Shown here piece after piece: positions 1 through 13,900 of a DNA stretch of 64,000 nucleotides. The position numbers were made by a program, and so were the translations under genes. The notes beneath the pieces were generated by a model, which had not been told where the DNA came from, ran no database searches, and saw nothing but the letters and a program-made list of their open reading frames with translations. Source of the stretch: Raillietiella orientalis (Eukaryota); NCBI GenBank assembly GCA_036172245.1, contig JAYWIR010000026.1, forward strand, positions 1,116,001 through 1,180,000, in the 5' to 3' direction. How positions within the stretch are numbered: the first letter of the stretch is position 1; the number at the start of each line of letters is the position of its first letter.

Positions 1-959
1 GTGCGATGCGTGCGTCTGTGTGGAGAGCGCATTGGTCGGTAAGACTACGAGATCGTCTTTTTTCCAGTTTGGATTGCTGCTTGACCGCGCTGCGTTGGAA
101 GCCGCAAGCGGCAGCAGGCGTACTTCGTAACCTTCAGAGACCATCGTGACTCATACCAGCAACGTCTTCAGGGACAGAAGCATCGGATGTACTTGACTTC
201 CACCAGGATGACCGTGGAAATGGAAGAGCTGAGAGCAATATACAAAAACAAAATGTGTCCGCGCGAGGGAGCTCCAAACCGTTTCAATAACGCCGTGACG
301 TCATCGCCAATCTGCGACCTGAGGATCGTGAGGGTGCATCTCCATCACCCGAAAATGCACGTTCGCTGGGTGTGGATAGAGATAAGGACGACAGCACGCC
401 CTCCTGATTCCAAATGCTGCTCACCTTTACCACATCGCACTGGAACGCCACAAGGACGCATTTTCCGAGCGCTCTATTGAAAATTCATGCCAACTTAAGT
501 GGTTGTGGATTTCTGCGGTCGTTGGTAGGGCAAGCAAAAAATGCCTGCGACTATACCGAATCATTGATGAACAGCATCGCCTTCTGCTCAAGGAAGATTT
601 GGCTGCTACCTCTACAGCGGCAGTTATTGCTGAAGAGAGCACGTACCCGTATAAGAGGAATAACCTTAGTCTCGTCCACAAGCTGCGTCCTGTCGAGACG
701 GCGGGATCCCTTTGAAGGTGCTCGACTTACTAAGCATTATAAAGGAAGAGCTGAAAAGACACCCCATCCGCAGAAGGGGATAGTTCGGAGAGCTGAGCTG
801 GAACGTTACGGATCCTCATCGCAGTTCAGCATCCTCTCTCCACGCGAGTGTACTGTCAGAGGTTGACTTCGTGCAGGGCTTTCGCTCAAGGGTCTCGCAA
901 GCGTCAGGCGAAGAGGAGCACAGAAGCCTCGAGCAGTCACTCATGATGGCGATCATCTC

Positions 960-1760
960 TGAAAGGAAGATGTAAGTCTAAGCTCTCTCGTCTCGATGGA
1001 AATTGACCGTTGCCACATCACCTACTGGCAGGCCTTCACATTGGTGAATGTCGACGCGAAGTTGCTCCCAAAGTTTGGAGGCAGCGTTTGAGACAGGTAG
1101 CAGAATCCGTGATCAGTCTAAAGCAGAATCCCATTGTTTTCTGACCAGCAATGACTGGCCATCCTGTTCTTGGAAGCACATGGCGGCAGTTGCTACAGCG
1201 CGTCGTACGGACGGATCAAGAAAATCCTGCACTTTTCTTTGACCAGGAAGCGTAACGCTAGCAAGGAGCGCATGCGTCGCGAGTCCTTACGCATGCGGTG
1301 GATCTGCGGAATGCCATCGATTGCGTCGACCAGGAACTTCGTTTGAAGCACCTGGAACGCATGGGTTCCCCGACTTGCGCTATTGCTGGCTTCACAGGCT
1401 CAGCAACATTTGTTTCAGAGACCGGCACCTGTATGGAATGCCGTGGCATAACGCTAGGTATCGGCTTGAGCTCCCTGCTCTCCATTATTTATTTCGAGTC
1501 GGTGCTGAAACCATGCAGAACGACTGGCAACCCTGCCGAGGTCGTTCCCAGACACGTCTGCCGTGTCGGCTTATGCGCACGATATTCCCCTGCTTCACAT
1601 GACTACCCTGGCGTCATGTTCACTCGAGGATTTCTTCGAATTACAAAGCCAGAGGGCTGTACTGGAATTTACCCTTGTGCACTGGGGAATTTATTTCATC
1701 AAAACAAACATTTACTTGTTTTGTGATATGATTCGTGCTCGGTCGTATGTCCTGAAACCG
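960..1760 (+). mobile_element. Decayed L1/Tx1-type reverse transcriptase fragment (frameshifted)
   Basis: YWQAFTLVNVDAKLLPK (~1022) matches the RT 'RPITLLNxDxK' motif. ORF 1298-1726 has VDLRNAIDCVDQ...LERMG ('DxxKAFD') and RGITLGIGLSSLL ('GVRQGxPLSPLL'). The YADD motif is eroded. Confidence 0.75.
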
Positions 1761-2539
1761 AGGGAAAAAAGTGGCCAGCATGGAAAGGACTCTCTCTGAT
1801 GGGTATCGATCTTCTTGAAGGCTTTCTCAAGATGGCCCCATACGAGTAACTTGCCAGCATCCTGATCAGGATGCAGAGGTCGTCTTTCGGCGCAATGCAA
1901 TCCCTGCCTCGTCCTACTTTTCCAGAAAAACTTTTTCTCTTCTCTTTTTGTTTTCTTTGTTGGCTTTTGTTTACTTTCATTATTTTCATAACAAATGCTC
2001 AGGCGATTCCTGGTGGGAAACCACGTGCACTTCACAAGGATCCTGTCGAGTTGCCGGTAAGGAAACAGGTGACGTTCGCCTCGGCATCAGAGGAAAGGCA
2101 TCAAACAAAACGGGACACAAACAAAGATAAGGATGAATGAAGAAACTTGGGAAAGTGAGGGAAGAAATTACCTTCTACTAGGGGCGGTCCATTGCATTCT
2201 ATAAAGGATGCTGGCAAGTTATTCCTACATATTCTTGAAGGTTTGACAGGGTCTATCCAAGACTATCTCGTTTACCAGCCCATTAGCACAGATATCGGTA
2301 AAAACGCAGGTGGAAGATGCTATCCTTCATTCCCGGTTGCCCCTGAAACAAGTTGTGCGCGCGCATTGCCTCACATAGCTCGTTGTCAGAAGCTCGTTGT
2401 TCTGTACACGGGGCGCACTTGACAACAGGCGGGGGCTGAAATTCCCACCAATCAGGTGCGCTCTGCGCACACCTGCCTCCTCCAATCATTTGCGCTCCAG
2501 GCTTTCGGGAAACGCTGCTCTTTCTCCTAGCCCGTGTCT

Positions 2540-3445
2540 GCCACTGGGAGAGTGCAGGTCGGTCAGGAGATGGTACATGGAGTCCCTCCACCTAAGAATG
2601 AGCTAGCCGACCATTTCTGTCGCAGCGCGCGTCCCTCGCGACCGAGTAGACGGTTGGTATCCTTAGAAGCACGACCTCACAGGTTTTGCAAGAGCCGCTA
2701 CGCCACATCAGCCGTCCCCCACGAAACTGTGATCCCCCACTCCTGCATGAGCACTTCCGTGTTCCTTCTTCGATGGAAACAGGACGTGGTTTTGCTGGAA
2801 CATTGGAGCTTCCATTGCAGCCAGAGCGCGAACATTGTTTCCGGGGCCGTTGCCTCCTTGAACTGTGGACGGTGCGGTGCAGCGGAAACGCTCCCGAACC
2901 TGCTTTACGACTGCGGCGTCCTCCAAGGACTGTGGCGCAGGCTGACTTCAGCTCTCCTGCAGCAGAGGGACACCGCAAGAGATTTCATGCGCCGCTTCTT
3001 CACGCCAGGGGGCCTGTCGTTAGGTGCGCTCGTCGCAACCATCTGTTGCCTCCGCGCCATCATCATGACCCGCCGCCAGCTGGAGTCGCAAGTGATTTTA
3101 CGAAAGGTCACCGGTTTAGCCAACGATAATATGACGTCGGCTGCCAGGTGGCTTATCTTCCAGAAGACGTGAGGAATGAGATCTGCTGCATCCAGTGTCG
3201 GTTCTGAAAGAAAGAAACGGTCGAAGCCAAAGACCCCTGTCCCCAACCCTTCCCATATTTTTATTTATATTTTTTTATATATTTATTTGTGGTTTCCTCA
3301 CTCCCTTTCCGGACTTTCGGTGTTACCCGTCTGCATATCAGGGAGCCCTCCCCTTGAACTTCTTGACCTTTTTCCAAGGAACTTTGTTCCCAAATGGGTT
3401 ATTCTTTTCAAATAAACGCCCTGGCTCAACCGGGTAAGAAACGAC
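2540..3445 (+). mobile_element. L1/Tx1 ORF2 C-terminus (zf-RVT-like) plus 3' UTR and terminus
   Basis: CGRCGAAETLPNLLYDC..LQGLW is a zinc-knuckle-like motif. It is followed by a stop at ~3172, a C-rich then T-rich UTR, AATAAA at 3411 and a short hairpin. Confidence 0.8.
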
Positions 3446-3479
3446 GCTGTTACAGAGCAAAGAACTGAGACTGACCGGA

Positions 3480-5600
3480 GATCAAGAAAGCTCGAAAAGC
3501 TTGTCTTCTAGTTCAAGTTCAGCAATCACCACTTGAAATTGTTTTCCTTTTGCTATGAAGCGGAAAAATCATCACAATCTCTCAGAGACACATTTGACCC
3601 ACAGTCGCATGATCCACGTATAGTCCATAGGGATCGTGTAACTTCCGATGAGGCTTCCTTTCGTTCCCGTCACTCCTCTGCAGGGTTCTCACCGGAGGGT
3701 GCAGTGAACTTCTTGATACTCTGCAGTGACATCCTCCCGAAAGGTTAGCAGCCAGCTCCCCAGCGCAACTCCATCTTCACAACTGAAGGATAACCTCGAA
3801 GGGACCCGGCGCTCCTTGATGTCCAGGAAGGACCCCAGAAGGGTAATTCCCGGACATAATATACAGCACAGGCAAGGGGGTTGTCCGTCGCGCACCAGTG
3901 CCGCACCCGAATGCGCCAACCAGCGTCCTTTTGCTGAGGAGACTCGAAATCCACGACGCACCCATTTCTTGGCGTCGATCCGAACGCTCGGTATCTCACG
4001 CAGAGATCCGCACCCGCGTGGCAGTCCACGTGGTATCTCCGCGTGGCTACTTATTTCCAAGCGATAGGCGTTTGCAAACTCAAAGTGCACTTTCCTACAA
4101 ACACAGGTCACAGATTTCATGGCTGCGCAGCCGTTCTCCTCCTTTCGTTTTCCATTTGCAATGAAACGTTCTCTCTCCATCCACACAGATGTGGTGGCGA
4201 TCTTGTGCTGGAAATGTACAAAACGTGCATCCGTGGATGCGCCAGCAAGCATGCTGTTGGATCCTTATTATAGCTGCTGGGACCTCGCCATTTCCTGATG
4301 GAACATTTCGCTGGCACAGTCTTTTCCACACTTGAGCAAATAAGACTTCCGTTTCTCCTACTCCCCACAGAACCAGCTGCCAAGGGACGCAAACGACCGT
4401 TCGCATGGAAACCACGGGAAGGGACGTGTAAAGGCGATTTGTATGTCCAGTCTTCAGCACTAACGAAAGTCCTTGCTCTATGGGTCTGAACCTGCACCAC
4501 TTTTCACATCAGTCGCAACGCGGGCCGGTCATTTCTCGACGCAGGAACGTTGAAACCGAAAGCAGAAGAGACTGCTTCCTTGGTAGGCACTTGTGGAGAA
4601 TTCGGAACTGAATACGGGAAGCCAAGAACGTTTTACTCGTGAAATGGAAAGACTGAAACCAACAAACTAGCAGTTTCGGCGAGAGTGTTTCTCGGAGAAT
4701 GAAGCTCTGATAACGTGCTTTTTTGTGTGTGGTACATTTTCTTTGCCTTTTCAGCAAGGACTACAACGAACCTGCAGCAGGCTGTTCACAGAAACCGAGT
4801 CATTTCTTCCGCGATTTATGCAAACTTCACCACAGTCACGGAAATTCCCAAGCACACATTATATATGTGCTGTGCGTAGGTGTGCTCTCATAGGTGATGG
4901 CCCCAAGGGCACTGTGTTTCATGAATCCAGAGTATGCAAGGAACAAGTTTGAAACTTTACGAAACTGTGTGCCGGAAGTTTCGAGGTTCACTGCAGGAGT
5001 GCATGAAAAGAAAATGAAAGAACGAAGCTGGAGGAGCTTTCACATCTGGCCAAAGTTTGATGGACATCGCGACTAAAGGGCGGAAAGCTGGCCTCTGTGC
5101 TTTGAAAAGGAAATCCCAATTGAAAAGGGTACGCATTCCACAGAGACGAAATGATCGTGGTTGGGAACGAAAAGCCTTTCAGTGTCGGATTTCTTCACGT
5201 GTCCCCAAGAGCAATCAAACGGCGTACATTGCGTTCGTTTTGGAGAACCTTGGCCTTTGCTGGACCCTCTAGCCATCATCAGCTGACTGCGAAGACTGCA
5301 AAGTAGAACTTTGCTAGAATGGAAGATTGTCGCAGCTGCTCTAAGATAGAAATCCAACGTCCGCGATAAAGCACCACTTCGAAAGAGAATCCACACGCAC
5401 ATACACACGAGACAAACCATCTGCAAAAGCTCGACTCGCTGTCAACATTCAAGAAAACCTGATGGTCTATCCTCTTGTCGAGCAAGCACGAGACAAGATC
5501 TGCCAAGATGCGCTTCCGGAGCTGCAGCGACTTGTGTTGTCCATTTGTCGATTTCCCGCGTTGTCAAGTTCAGGGGACCTCAAAAGCCGTGAAAGCTCCG
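3480..5600 (-). mobile_element. Highly decayed L1-type endonuclease/RT relic
   Basis: Minus-strand remnants appear in the expected order: SRTLDFY..CSLRSQL (endonuclease end), RKWRGPSSYNKD (WRPISLxNxD-like), HFEFANAY (DFxKAYD-like). Many stops and frameshifts. Confidence 0.5.
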
Positions 5601-7049
5601 TGCATTTCATACGAACTTGAAGGAAAGTTACGCTTCGCGGCCGTCTTCTGAGTTTTCGGGTTTGATCAAAATCTCAAGCAGAAGAACAGCTGACGCCGGG
5701 AACACTGAACACTCCTCCAGCACCTCGTTACAAGTATGTACTGCAACTTTGAACGTTAGGGTTCTTTTTCGCTGCTCAACCCTGCATGTACCTCCATGAA
5801 GGAACGGTAAGAAATTTTATCCCGCGGGTTCAATCAAAAGTACAGTGCACAGTATTAGTTGCTCAATTATTATACGGCTGCGTACCACTGCGGTCACACT
5901 TGCAGCTGCGTCCAGAGGTCTGCTCTTTTTTAAAATCACGTTTGGTGTACTGTTTGCTGGCAGAGGAAAAGCAACCGATTATTTGAAAGAAAAATTCAAT
6001 TGTGCAAAAGACACAAAATTGAAATCCGATGCAGAAAAACCGATAACAAAATTAAAATGGTATTTCTGAATGTTTCAAGTAGCTTTATTAAACACACGTG
6101 ATGTTCCGTGCAACTAAAGGCACCAGCTACCCTTCAAGCTTGAAAACAAGAACAACTTATTACTAATACTACTACAAGACGCTGCTTTCGATTTGATCCC
6201 TTATGCTTGCCATTACAATGGGAAGAAAATGGATGGTCGTTGAAGATCACGAAAGAGCACTATTCTTCTGCTGGAAACTGCGCACAAAAAACAAAAATTA
6301 TCAAGTGCCATCATCATCACCAATTCACGTAACTAAACAGGCAACAGTAACATCAATCATGTGCGACCCCCAAAACAACATTTATTATTCACGACACCAA
6401 CACTGCGTTTTCTGCAGATGATTCACATCCCCAAAACCGTGTTTTCATCGCGAAAATCTCTTCTGTGAATTCCCTCTCTTTTTTTTTTTTTTTCCCAACC
6501 CCACTACGCCTGTGCAAAACTCTGCTGACCAAGAAGCATATCGGGCAACTTGACCAGACTGGGGCATGGCAGGTGACCTGGAACTTCTTCGCGAATGCGG
6601 TGTCGCGGGCAGTGCAAACCAAAATACGCGGCGTGCGCCACATTAGTGCCTTGAGTTTGCTTTCTGGAACAAAAAAAAAACAAGCTGGAGAACAAACAAC
6701 GAAAGGGTTTGATTTCTTTGGCCACTTTACTACAAATCATATTGCTTCAATTCCTCAGTGAAGCCATCCGAAAAAAATTTACTGTACGGCACGACACCGT
6801 ATTATCGATAAAATGAGAATGAAAGACGGAACAAAAAGGCGCACTCAGTCAAACAGACGCTCTTCTGAATCCAGTGGTGGATCTCATCCCCATCTTTATC
6901 GTTTCAGTCAACCAATGCTCTCTCACCACTATCTGCAACATTAGAATTCATGAACAAGTATGTACAAATCCTAGCATTCGACATTTTCACAACGCTCAAG
7001 AATATGACGGTCATCTGTTCCACAAAGTTTTACAAATAAACACAAAGCA

Positions 7050-8900
7050 CGGTCTGTGAGAATTCTTTCTACCCTCGTGAAATATGCGGAGTGGTTTATT
7101 CTGTGCCAAATTCACATATTCATCATTCAATTTTCCAAACAAGCTGAACAGCAATCCTGCTGCTACAAATTTGCTGTTTACTTCCTCCCAGCTGATACTC
7201 CAAAGACTTCACCACTAATTTCTGTATGTTCCCATTCCTATTTTCAAGACTGAAAGTGCTACGAGTACTTGAAGATTTGTCAAAACTGAAAATCCAAACC
7301 AGGCCATGAAAGAGAAAAGCGAATGCGATGACATCTACAATAAAACACAAATAGTTTCAACTGTCCATACCATGTGTATAAGCCTGCATCTGTGTATATC
7401 ATGGAAATTAATTCACCCTGCTGTTTGAATCCTATTAGCCACATAACCACCAATGGAAATTATTCAATATGCATCATGCAAATCAAAGATTTATGCTTGA
7501 TGTCAGCCATGTGACACAGGTGGCTTAAACTGGCGAGTTTCCAAACAGATTTCCCTGACACAAATATAAACACTAAGTATGCTTGCCAAGTACCTTCACA
7601 AAATATGCACAGTCTCCATTTCAATACAAAGTCAATCAAACAAATTGATCATTCACACCCACAGATTAGATTTATTTCCATGACTGCATAAACAGAATCC
7701 CATCATTGCTTTCCTTACTTTCATTACCTGCATGCAGTTTACAGAACACCAATACCTCAGGGTAAACCTCAGATGATGCTGGATTTATTTTTCTTTTCGA
7801 CACAAACATCACCGAAACAATACCTTTGAACCAAAACAGCAGGCAAGCACACTCAGAACTTCGTTTTCTTAAAGCATTTATTCTTTTTCGCATTCAAAGT
7901 TCTGTGATCTTTCCTATTGGAAAACTACTAGAATTCAAATTCAGTCAAGTGAGTTTGCAAAACATGCTATCCTCATATCATGGAAATTCACCATTCCATC
8001 GTATGGTCGATGTTATGGAATTCACGACCAAGGTCTACTAGTTCAGCACCCCAATTTGGATGTGATATCCTTAAAGCATTTCCGAATACATTTCAGTATT
8101 AAGCTATGGATTCTATTCTACATTTCTTGGCCACCACTATGCAGTTACACTCCCTGCAGATTCTCTGAACAGTGTTTTGAGCTTACAGACAGTACTGTTT
8201 CAGGAATAGTTGCAGTTCACATTGTATGAAATGCTGGTATATTTGATGCTTTTCGGTAGAAACTATAGTTTTTAGGCTCATATAAAAATGTCTTCACAAA
8301 AGTAATATGAAATCTATTCTGAAGAGGTTAATGCATGTGTGTTTCTAAAGATCTATCCTTTCCATTCATCTTCACACATTGCTGCATTAATAAGGAACCT
8401 TTGCTGCAAACAATCAGTGAAAATCATGTACAAACTTCCGTTATCTATGTTTGAGGCCAAACCCAGTAAACATTCAGTGTGGATCCCACTATCAGTATGG
8501 TAACAACATATCATGAAGTGAGTGGCTTCAAGCATATGGTACTCCATATTTTTCAGATTAAACAGCACCAAACAATCAGTCTTTATATCACACTTTGACA
8601 CACTATGATATAATCTTACCATTGTCAAGTAATAAAGCCCCAGACAAATAATGTTTCTAGTGACAAGAAAATATTCAAAAGATCATCACAACAATTTTCA
8701 GAATAATGCACTTAAAGTAGTTTGTAAACAGTCCATTTTCCGATTAATCCAAAGCATCATCCAACTGATATTACAGCATATTTGGAAACAAATTCACCCA
8801 TTCACCCATGAAAGCACACTGACATCAAGATTCCAAAACTCACAAATCACCACGTTCGAAGGTATTCACAGTATAGCACTGTTTTCAAATTTACCATATC
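7050..8900 (-). mobile_element. Decayed hAT-like DNA transposase relic (ZMYM1/ZNF862 type)
   Basis: AT-rich region with colinear remnants AFMGE..VNLF, HFMICCYH..IHTECLLGL..GSLY..FTDCL, GIVSVMF and ATCVTWLT. These resemble the hAT motifs RG..GNF, E.fLgl..tg.sl, GasVM.G and TRW. No TIRs found. Confidence 0.45.
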
Positions 8901-10479
8901 AATTATAAAAAGTGCACATTACAAGCAATCAGTTACAGGTAAATAATGATTGAGAATGAACTTATGCTCGAGACTCCTTTGATTCAATACATACGAAATT
9001 CATTTAAGCTTCATCTAAGCTGGAAATGCCGTTTGGAATTCTTCTCAATCTCAAGAAATACACAATGTATGTACCGAAATAAAAATGTATGGCAGGAGTA
9101 GGGGTCATTTCGTAAAAGCCGACCATCTGGAGATCAGGATTCTTGTATTCAAACTGACATCCATGCCAGAATATAAACTCTCTGAAAAGAAAAACCCATG
9201 CTTTTCATCCACGCAAAGTACTGAGAATCACAACTTGAAACTGTGGTCCACAAGATGAAAAATAGCTACCTCCATTCACCTTAATTCTTCATGATTTTTA
9301 CCTTCTGCAAAATGAAAACCAACAATCTTGACTCTGTATTTCAACTAAAGGCTTGCAGTCTCCAAATACTTCAGGATGCTCCGAAAGCACCTTTCAGAAA
9401 AGGCACTTTTCAATTTAGATCATGCAGTGTTGGGCACGCCTAGGAACTCTTGCAAGAGTGATATGAATCTTTCCATGAGATTCTTGGCCAACGCTGATAT
9501 CTGGAAAACGAATTCCCAGACAACGATGCGAACCAGCACACACTCGACATTTGGGAGCACAAGCAATGCTCTCACGATCAAATAAAGCCACTGCAGTTCT
9601 TTTCGTTTACAACTGGATTTACGGAAAGAAACAAATTCCAGTGAGGCACCTCGATCGTGAAACAACCCAGAGAATTCGACTCTTTATAAAACAGTGCATT
9701 CATCTTTAAAAACAGGAATTACCACATCCGTTTTCACACTTTGTGGAATGTTTTCGCAATCGGAAAATAACATTCAAATCCTTCGGTGAATGCTTCAAAC
9801 ACTCTTAATTTTTATACATGAAGCATTTTGTATTCGTATTCGGAATCCATATGCATATTTATACTTCCATTCGTACTCATGTTTATAATTCCCTTATACG
9901 TCTTTAAGGAGAGCCTTTTCTACGTCTAGTACTCCATAGTCGATTAATGTACATTTGAAAAGTTTTTTAATGAAATTCCCGGAACGTATATCGTAAGGTG
10001 GGGATCCAAAAAACATTGAATATCTTCGTCCAATTGCAAGTTATGATTTGGAAGGAATATGGAAAACATAAATTTCGGTGCTGTATAAGGGAATTCGGAC
10101 TTGGTATTTGGACTTAATTCTCACAATTGACTGAGATGCAATTAAAGAAAGAACAGAAGTACTGTTTCAACGAACAGATTTACCAAAATTTGAAGCACCT
10201 GAAGGTTGCTCATTCAGTTTTATATAATACGCAAAAAGAAGCCATGATACATCACATAAACACAGATAACATGTAGACAGTTGCTTCAAAAGAGAACGGC
10301 CACGCAGATATGAACTCTGAACTGACAGGGAAACTGAAGATGACACGAACATCGGACTAAAGAATAATGTGTTTCCAGAGATTGGAAAATTTGAAAAACT
10401 CCAAAATTGTGGGGACATATTCAACTGGAGACGGACAACTGAGTACCTCACTGTGACTGTAAGGAACTAAAGTTCAAAT

Positions 10480-11000
10480 TTGCAAAACGAACTCTTGCTG
10501 CGGAGGAAGAGATGAGCATCTGTGTATTCCATGGCTAGAGACCTGCTGTTGGTAGTTAGGTGACGTGTTTGCTCCCTTTAGGGAGAACAACGCGTTCATT
10601 TGCGAACCAACTGCTACCGCTTTGCATCAGGTGCCAAGAGGCTGACAGCCTGTACATCCTCTTAGGGTGGACTGGAACGGTGTAAGTAACCTAAAAAGAT
10701 GGAGAATTGGTTAGACATATGTTAATGGTAGCCCTCTCGAGAGCTTTGGATAGAAGTTCAGTGACCTAGTCATTCCACAGCACGAGTGGCGAGAGCAACA
10801 GGTTACCTCTTCATTAAAAATCGGCGATGAATCGTCGATCCCTGGTATGTAGGGAAACCCCAATATTGCGGTCATTACATTAGCAAAGGGTACCTTGAGA
10901 AACACTTTTCCAACATTAAAGTGCAACCTCTCCAATGCAAGGGGGCACCTTAAGAAAATCTGTCCGAAAAGGTACGTCTTTGAACAGGAAGATCGGAAAA
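10480..11000 (-). mobile_element. Decayed non-LTR RT fragment (domains 0-2)
   Basis: VPFANVMTAILGFPYIPGIDD (PG.DG-like) followed by VQAVSLLAPDAK (RPISLLxxDxK-like). Confidence 0.55.
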
Positions 11001-12329
11001 CAAAAGAAACGCCTGACAGGCAACCAGCCAGAGAGGCCATGCAAAGGTAATCTGCAGAAACAAGTCGAAACCCCAAGGCAACAAGCGACCTAGCTGGCCA
11101 AAAGTCAGCAACAAAAGAAGGAATCGGAAAACTTAAAAAAAAAAGAAAGGCAAAATTCATGTTTCGCGAAGCAATGAACTCTACGAGGGCAGCTCGGAGA
11201 TCGGAGATGCTTCTCCGAGATCGCCACGGCTGTTTCTGCGGAAACCACCACTGCCACTGTCTGTACCAAGAGTCGAGAACTTCCGATCAGATGTGTTTTT
11301 CTGCCCTTGCATCTTCCGTTTGGCTCTTAGAGCATGTGCATCCACTTGATTGGAAAAAGCGCCGCCACCCATCTAGCGGAAATGAAGGTCCAGCAGGCTG
11401 TGCTCGTTTTCCTCATGAAACTCCAAGCTTGCACTGGTGGAAATCCTGCATGGACATCGGCGAGAACTTTCGCTGAAGTGGCACTTGCCGCTACGTTGCA
11501 CACGGCTGTCGCTCGACAGCCCGGAGTTGCAGACGTACGTGGCTCACATTCACAAGTCTGTCCTCCGTACAAGGCTAGCAACATCAATCCGGGGCGTGGT
11601 CTCGGAGACGAGCTCTGCCGAGTTAGCGTTCCCAGGGAAAACCTTTCTTCTCCATGCTTTTACCAAAGCTCTCCTTCAAGGATGCACATCCCGGGCAACG
11701 GATGTTTCGAACGCCACTAACCACTGAAGGTTGTTAAATCGTCTCCATTGAGGACGAGTTCTGGTTCATGGCTCAGTTAAGTAGGATCTAGCTCCCTTGC
11801 ACAGCTCGAAAATTGATATCAGTGGTGGCAGAAGATTATGGCAACGTCCACGAGCTGTGGAGAAAATTGAACCCTGCGAAAAAGTTCGAAAATGTTCGCC
11901 GCGATCGTGCCGAGGCACGTGAATCGCGGCAGTGAATCGCCATCAAGTGACCTCCGAAGCTCAAATAAACGGACGAGCCGTTTAGAAGTGACAAACCCTA
12001 CGGTATGCGAAGCAACTGCGTCCATACGGTCATTGCCGTCATGAAGGACACCATGTGTCCAGGGAAACCGGGCACATTCGATGAATGTTACTGAGACTCC
12101 TTGAAATAGAAAAAAGAAAAAAGGGAAAACATGCGACACAAGTGGGCAAAAAGATCCTGAAAATAGAAGACGAAAATACCGGTGACCACCCTTGAGAAAC
12201 ACTGCTGTGAAGCAGAACGCGCCCATGCCAGAGACCGCAATACCTCACAGGAAGACGCGTAGGAAGAAAAGGCACTCAAGTATCGAAGAAAAGCTCATAG
12301 GACGAGGTTGCCACGCGTTTTCCAGGTCT

Positions 12330-13100
12330 CAATGCCTCACAAAAATCGCGGGTGACACGAAAGAGCGTGAATCGCCTGCAAGGACGGGGACGAAAGTTCC
12401 GGGTGACAAAACCTTGCGCGAACGCGAAGAAAAGGAGACGAGGCCTTGCGTGGATCCGACCAAACCGAAGGCAACGGAGGTATCGAAGCCACTATCCAAC
12501 TTGGAGGAGGCTCTCAAGCACTCAGGGAGGGCGATGGCCCGTGATTCCCTCCTGGTTGCCCACAGCGTAGTCCTATTCCAAACGGTTTGCCAAGTAATTC
12601 CCTTCCAGGTTCTTTTCTAGCATGGGATCTGGTTGCCGTATTGAACCGCACAACATGCTGGCGCAATACGTTGGTAGGTGACTGACTTTCCTTGGGCACA
12701 CAGATGAGCATTGTTCTGCACAGGAACCCACCTCCCTCGGATATTTCGAGTTGCTCTTGTAATTGTTCTTGTAGCAATCAAAGTAATGCTATCATCGTAT
12801 GCAGCGATAGGACTCTGAGAGATGTTTCATATACCTCAGGAGTGATTCCGGCGCTCTTTTCAAAAACAAAGACTCGGAAACCACTTTTCCACAGCAGCAC
12901 GGCGAATCGTTCAGGGTTTTGTGGTGCAGGTGGCCGGTCTCGGGAAATCGGTCGCTGTTGTTGAGCTGCCATCGCGGTAGGAGAGAACCTCCCTTGATCT
13001 TCGATTCTCTCAGGGCTTCTCGCAACCACCGATGAGAGACCGTGACTAAGGCATCAGCTCTATCTACAAATGTACCGAGAGATGTTGAGATCACCGTCTA
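12330..13100 (-). mobile_element. Decayed non-LTR RT fragment
   Basis: MLICVPKESQSPTNVLRQHVVRFNT..HARK resembles RT domains 1-2 (liPK...RPI.L.N). Confidence 0.5.
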
Positions 13101-13409
13101 ATTGCATGTGGAGCGTTCTGCTAACCAGAATTATTCTACGATACGTTTCATGTTATGAGACCTGAATTTCACATTTCTTCTGCTGAGGTATTCTCGAAAA
13201 GGCTTCAGATTCAGAGCAAGAATAAAGTTTTTGAAGATTTCACAAAGCTGCTTCAGAAATCTTAGGTTGCACCCCAGGAGACCTCCAGCATTCCCGATTC
13301 TACCTCCCATTTTCCAATGGTCTGTGAATACCATTAGCCTGCTGGCAAATAGTATTCACATTCCATTTCACAAATTCCATTTCTTAAATTCCCAAATTCT
13401 GAGCAGGTC

Positions 13410-13900
13410 AGGTACCTGAAGTAACTGGGTATCCCGTTGGGGGACTTCTGCCATGCAGAAGCCTGACCAGGTCGTCTCCTAAAGGTAGAGCTGACGATCG
13501 ACCCTTTCTTGGAAGGCAAGTTTCACTTGCCGGAACTGGCCGCGGTTTGGAACGCGTTTGCGGTCCGCATCTTCCTCTCCCTACTTTATGTTTGACCCGT
13601 CCCCGTCGAAATCAAAAAAAAAGACAAAGGACCTTCTCCTCATTGCCCTTTGCGGCAAGGGGAGGCCCAGAGTCCCTTTGATGGACTTGTGCGCTACGCG
13701 TCGTTACGGCGGTGTCAGCATCCTGATGCTGGAGCGCGTGGAAACACAGATGCGATGGTGCACCATGGCCATCGCAGCAAAGTTGTGCAGCACCCCTTGA
13801 TGCGTTCTGGCCCGAATCCTCGCCAGCCGTGTGTTCTGGACCCAAGGGCTGGAGTCTTTTCTTCTGTGCTCCGGCCTGAAAATAAGATGCGGAGGTCTCT
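13410..13900 (+). mobile_element. L1/Tx1 ORF2 post-RT fragment, paralog of 23015-23500
   Basis: Aligns at nucleotide level with 23015-23500. KDLLLIALCGKGRPRVPLMDLCATRRYGGV here vs KDLLRIALWGRVRPRVPLKDLSAPRRDGGL there. Confidence 0.85.
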
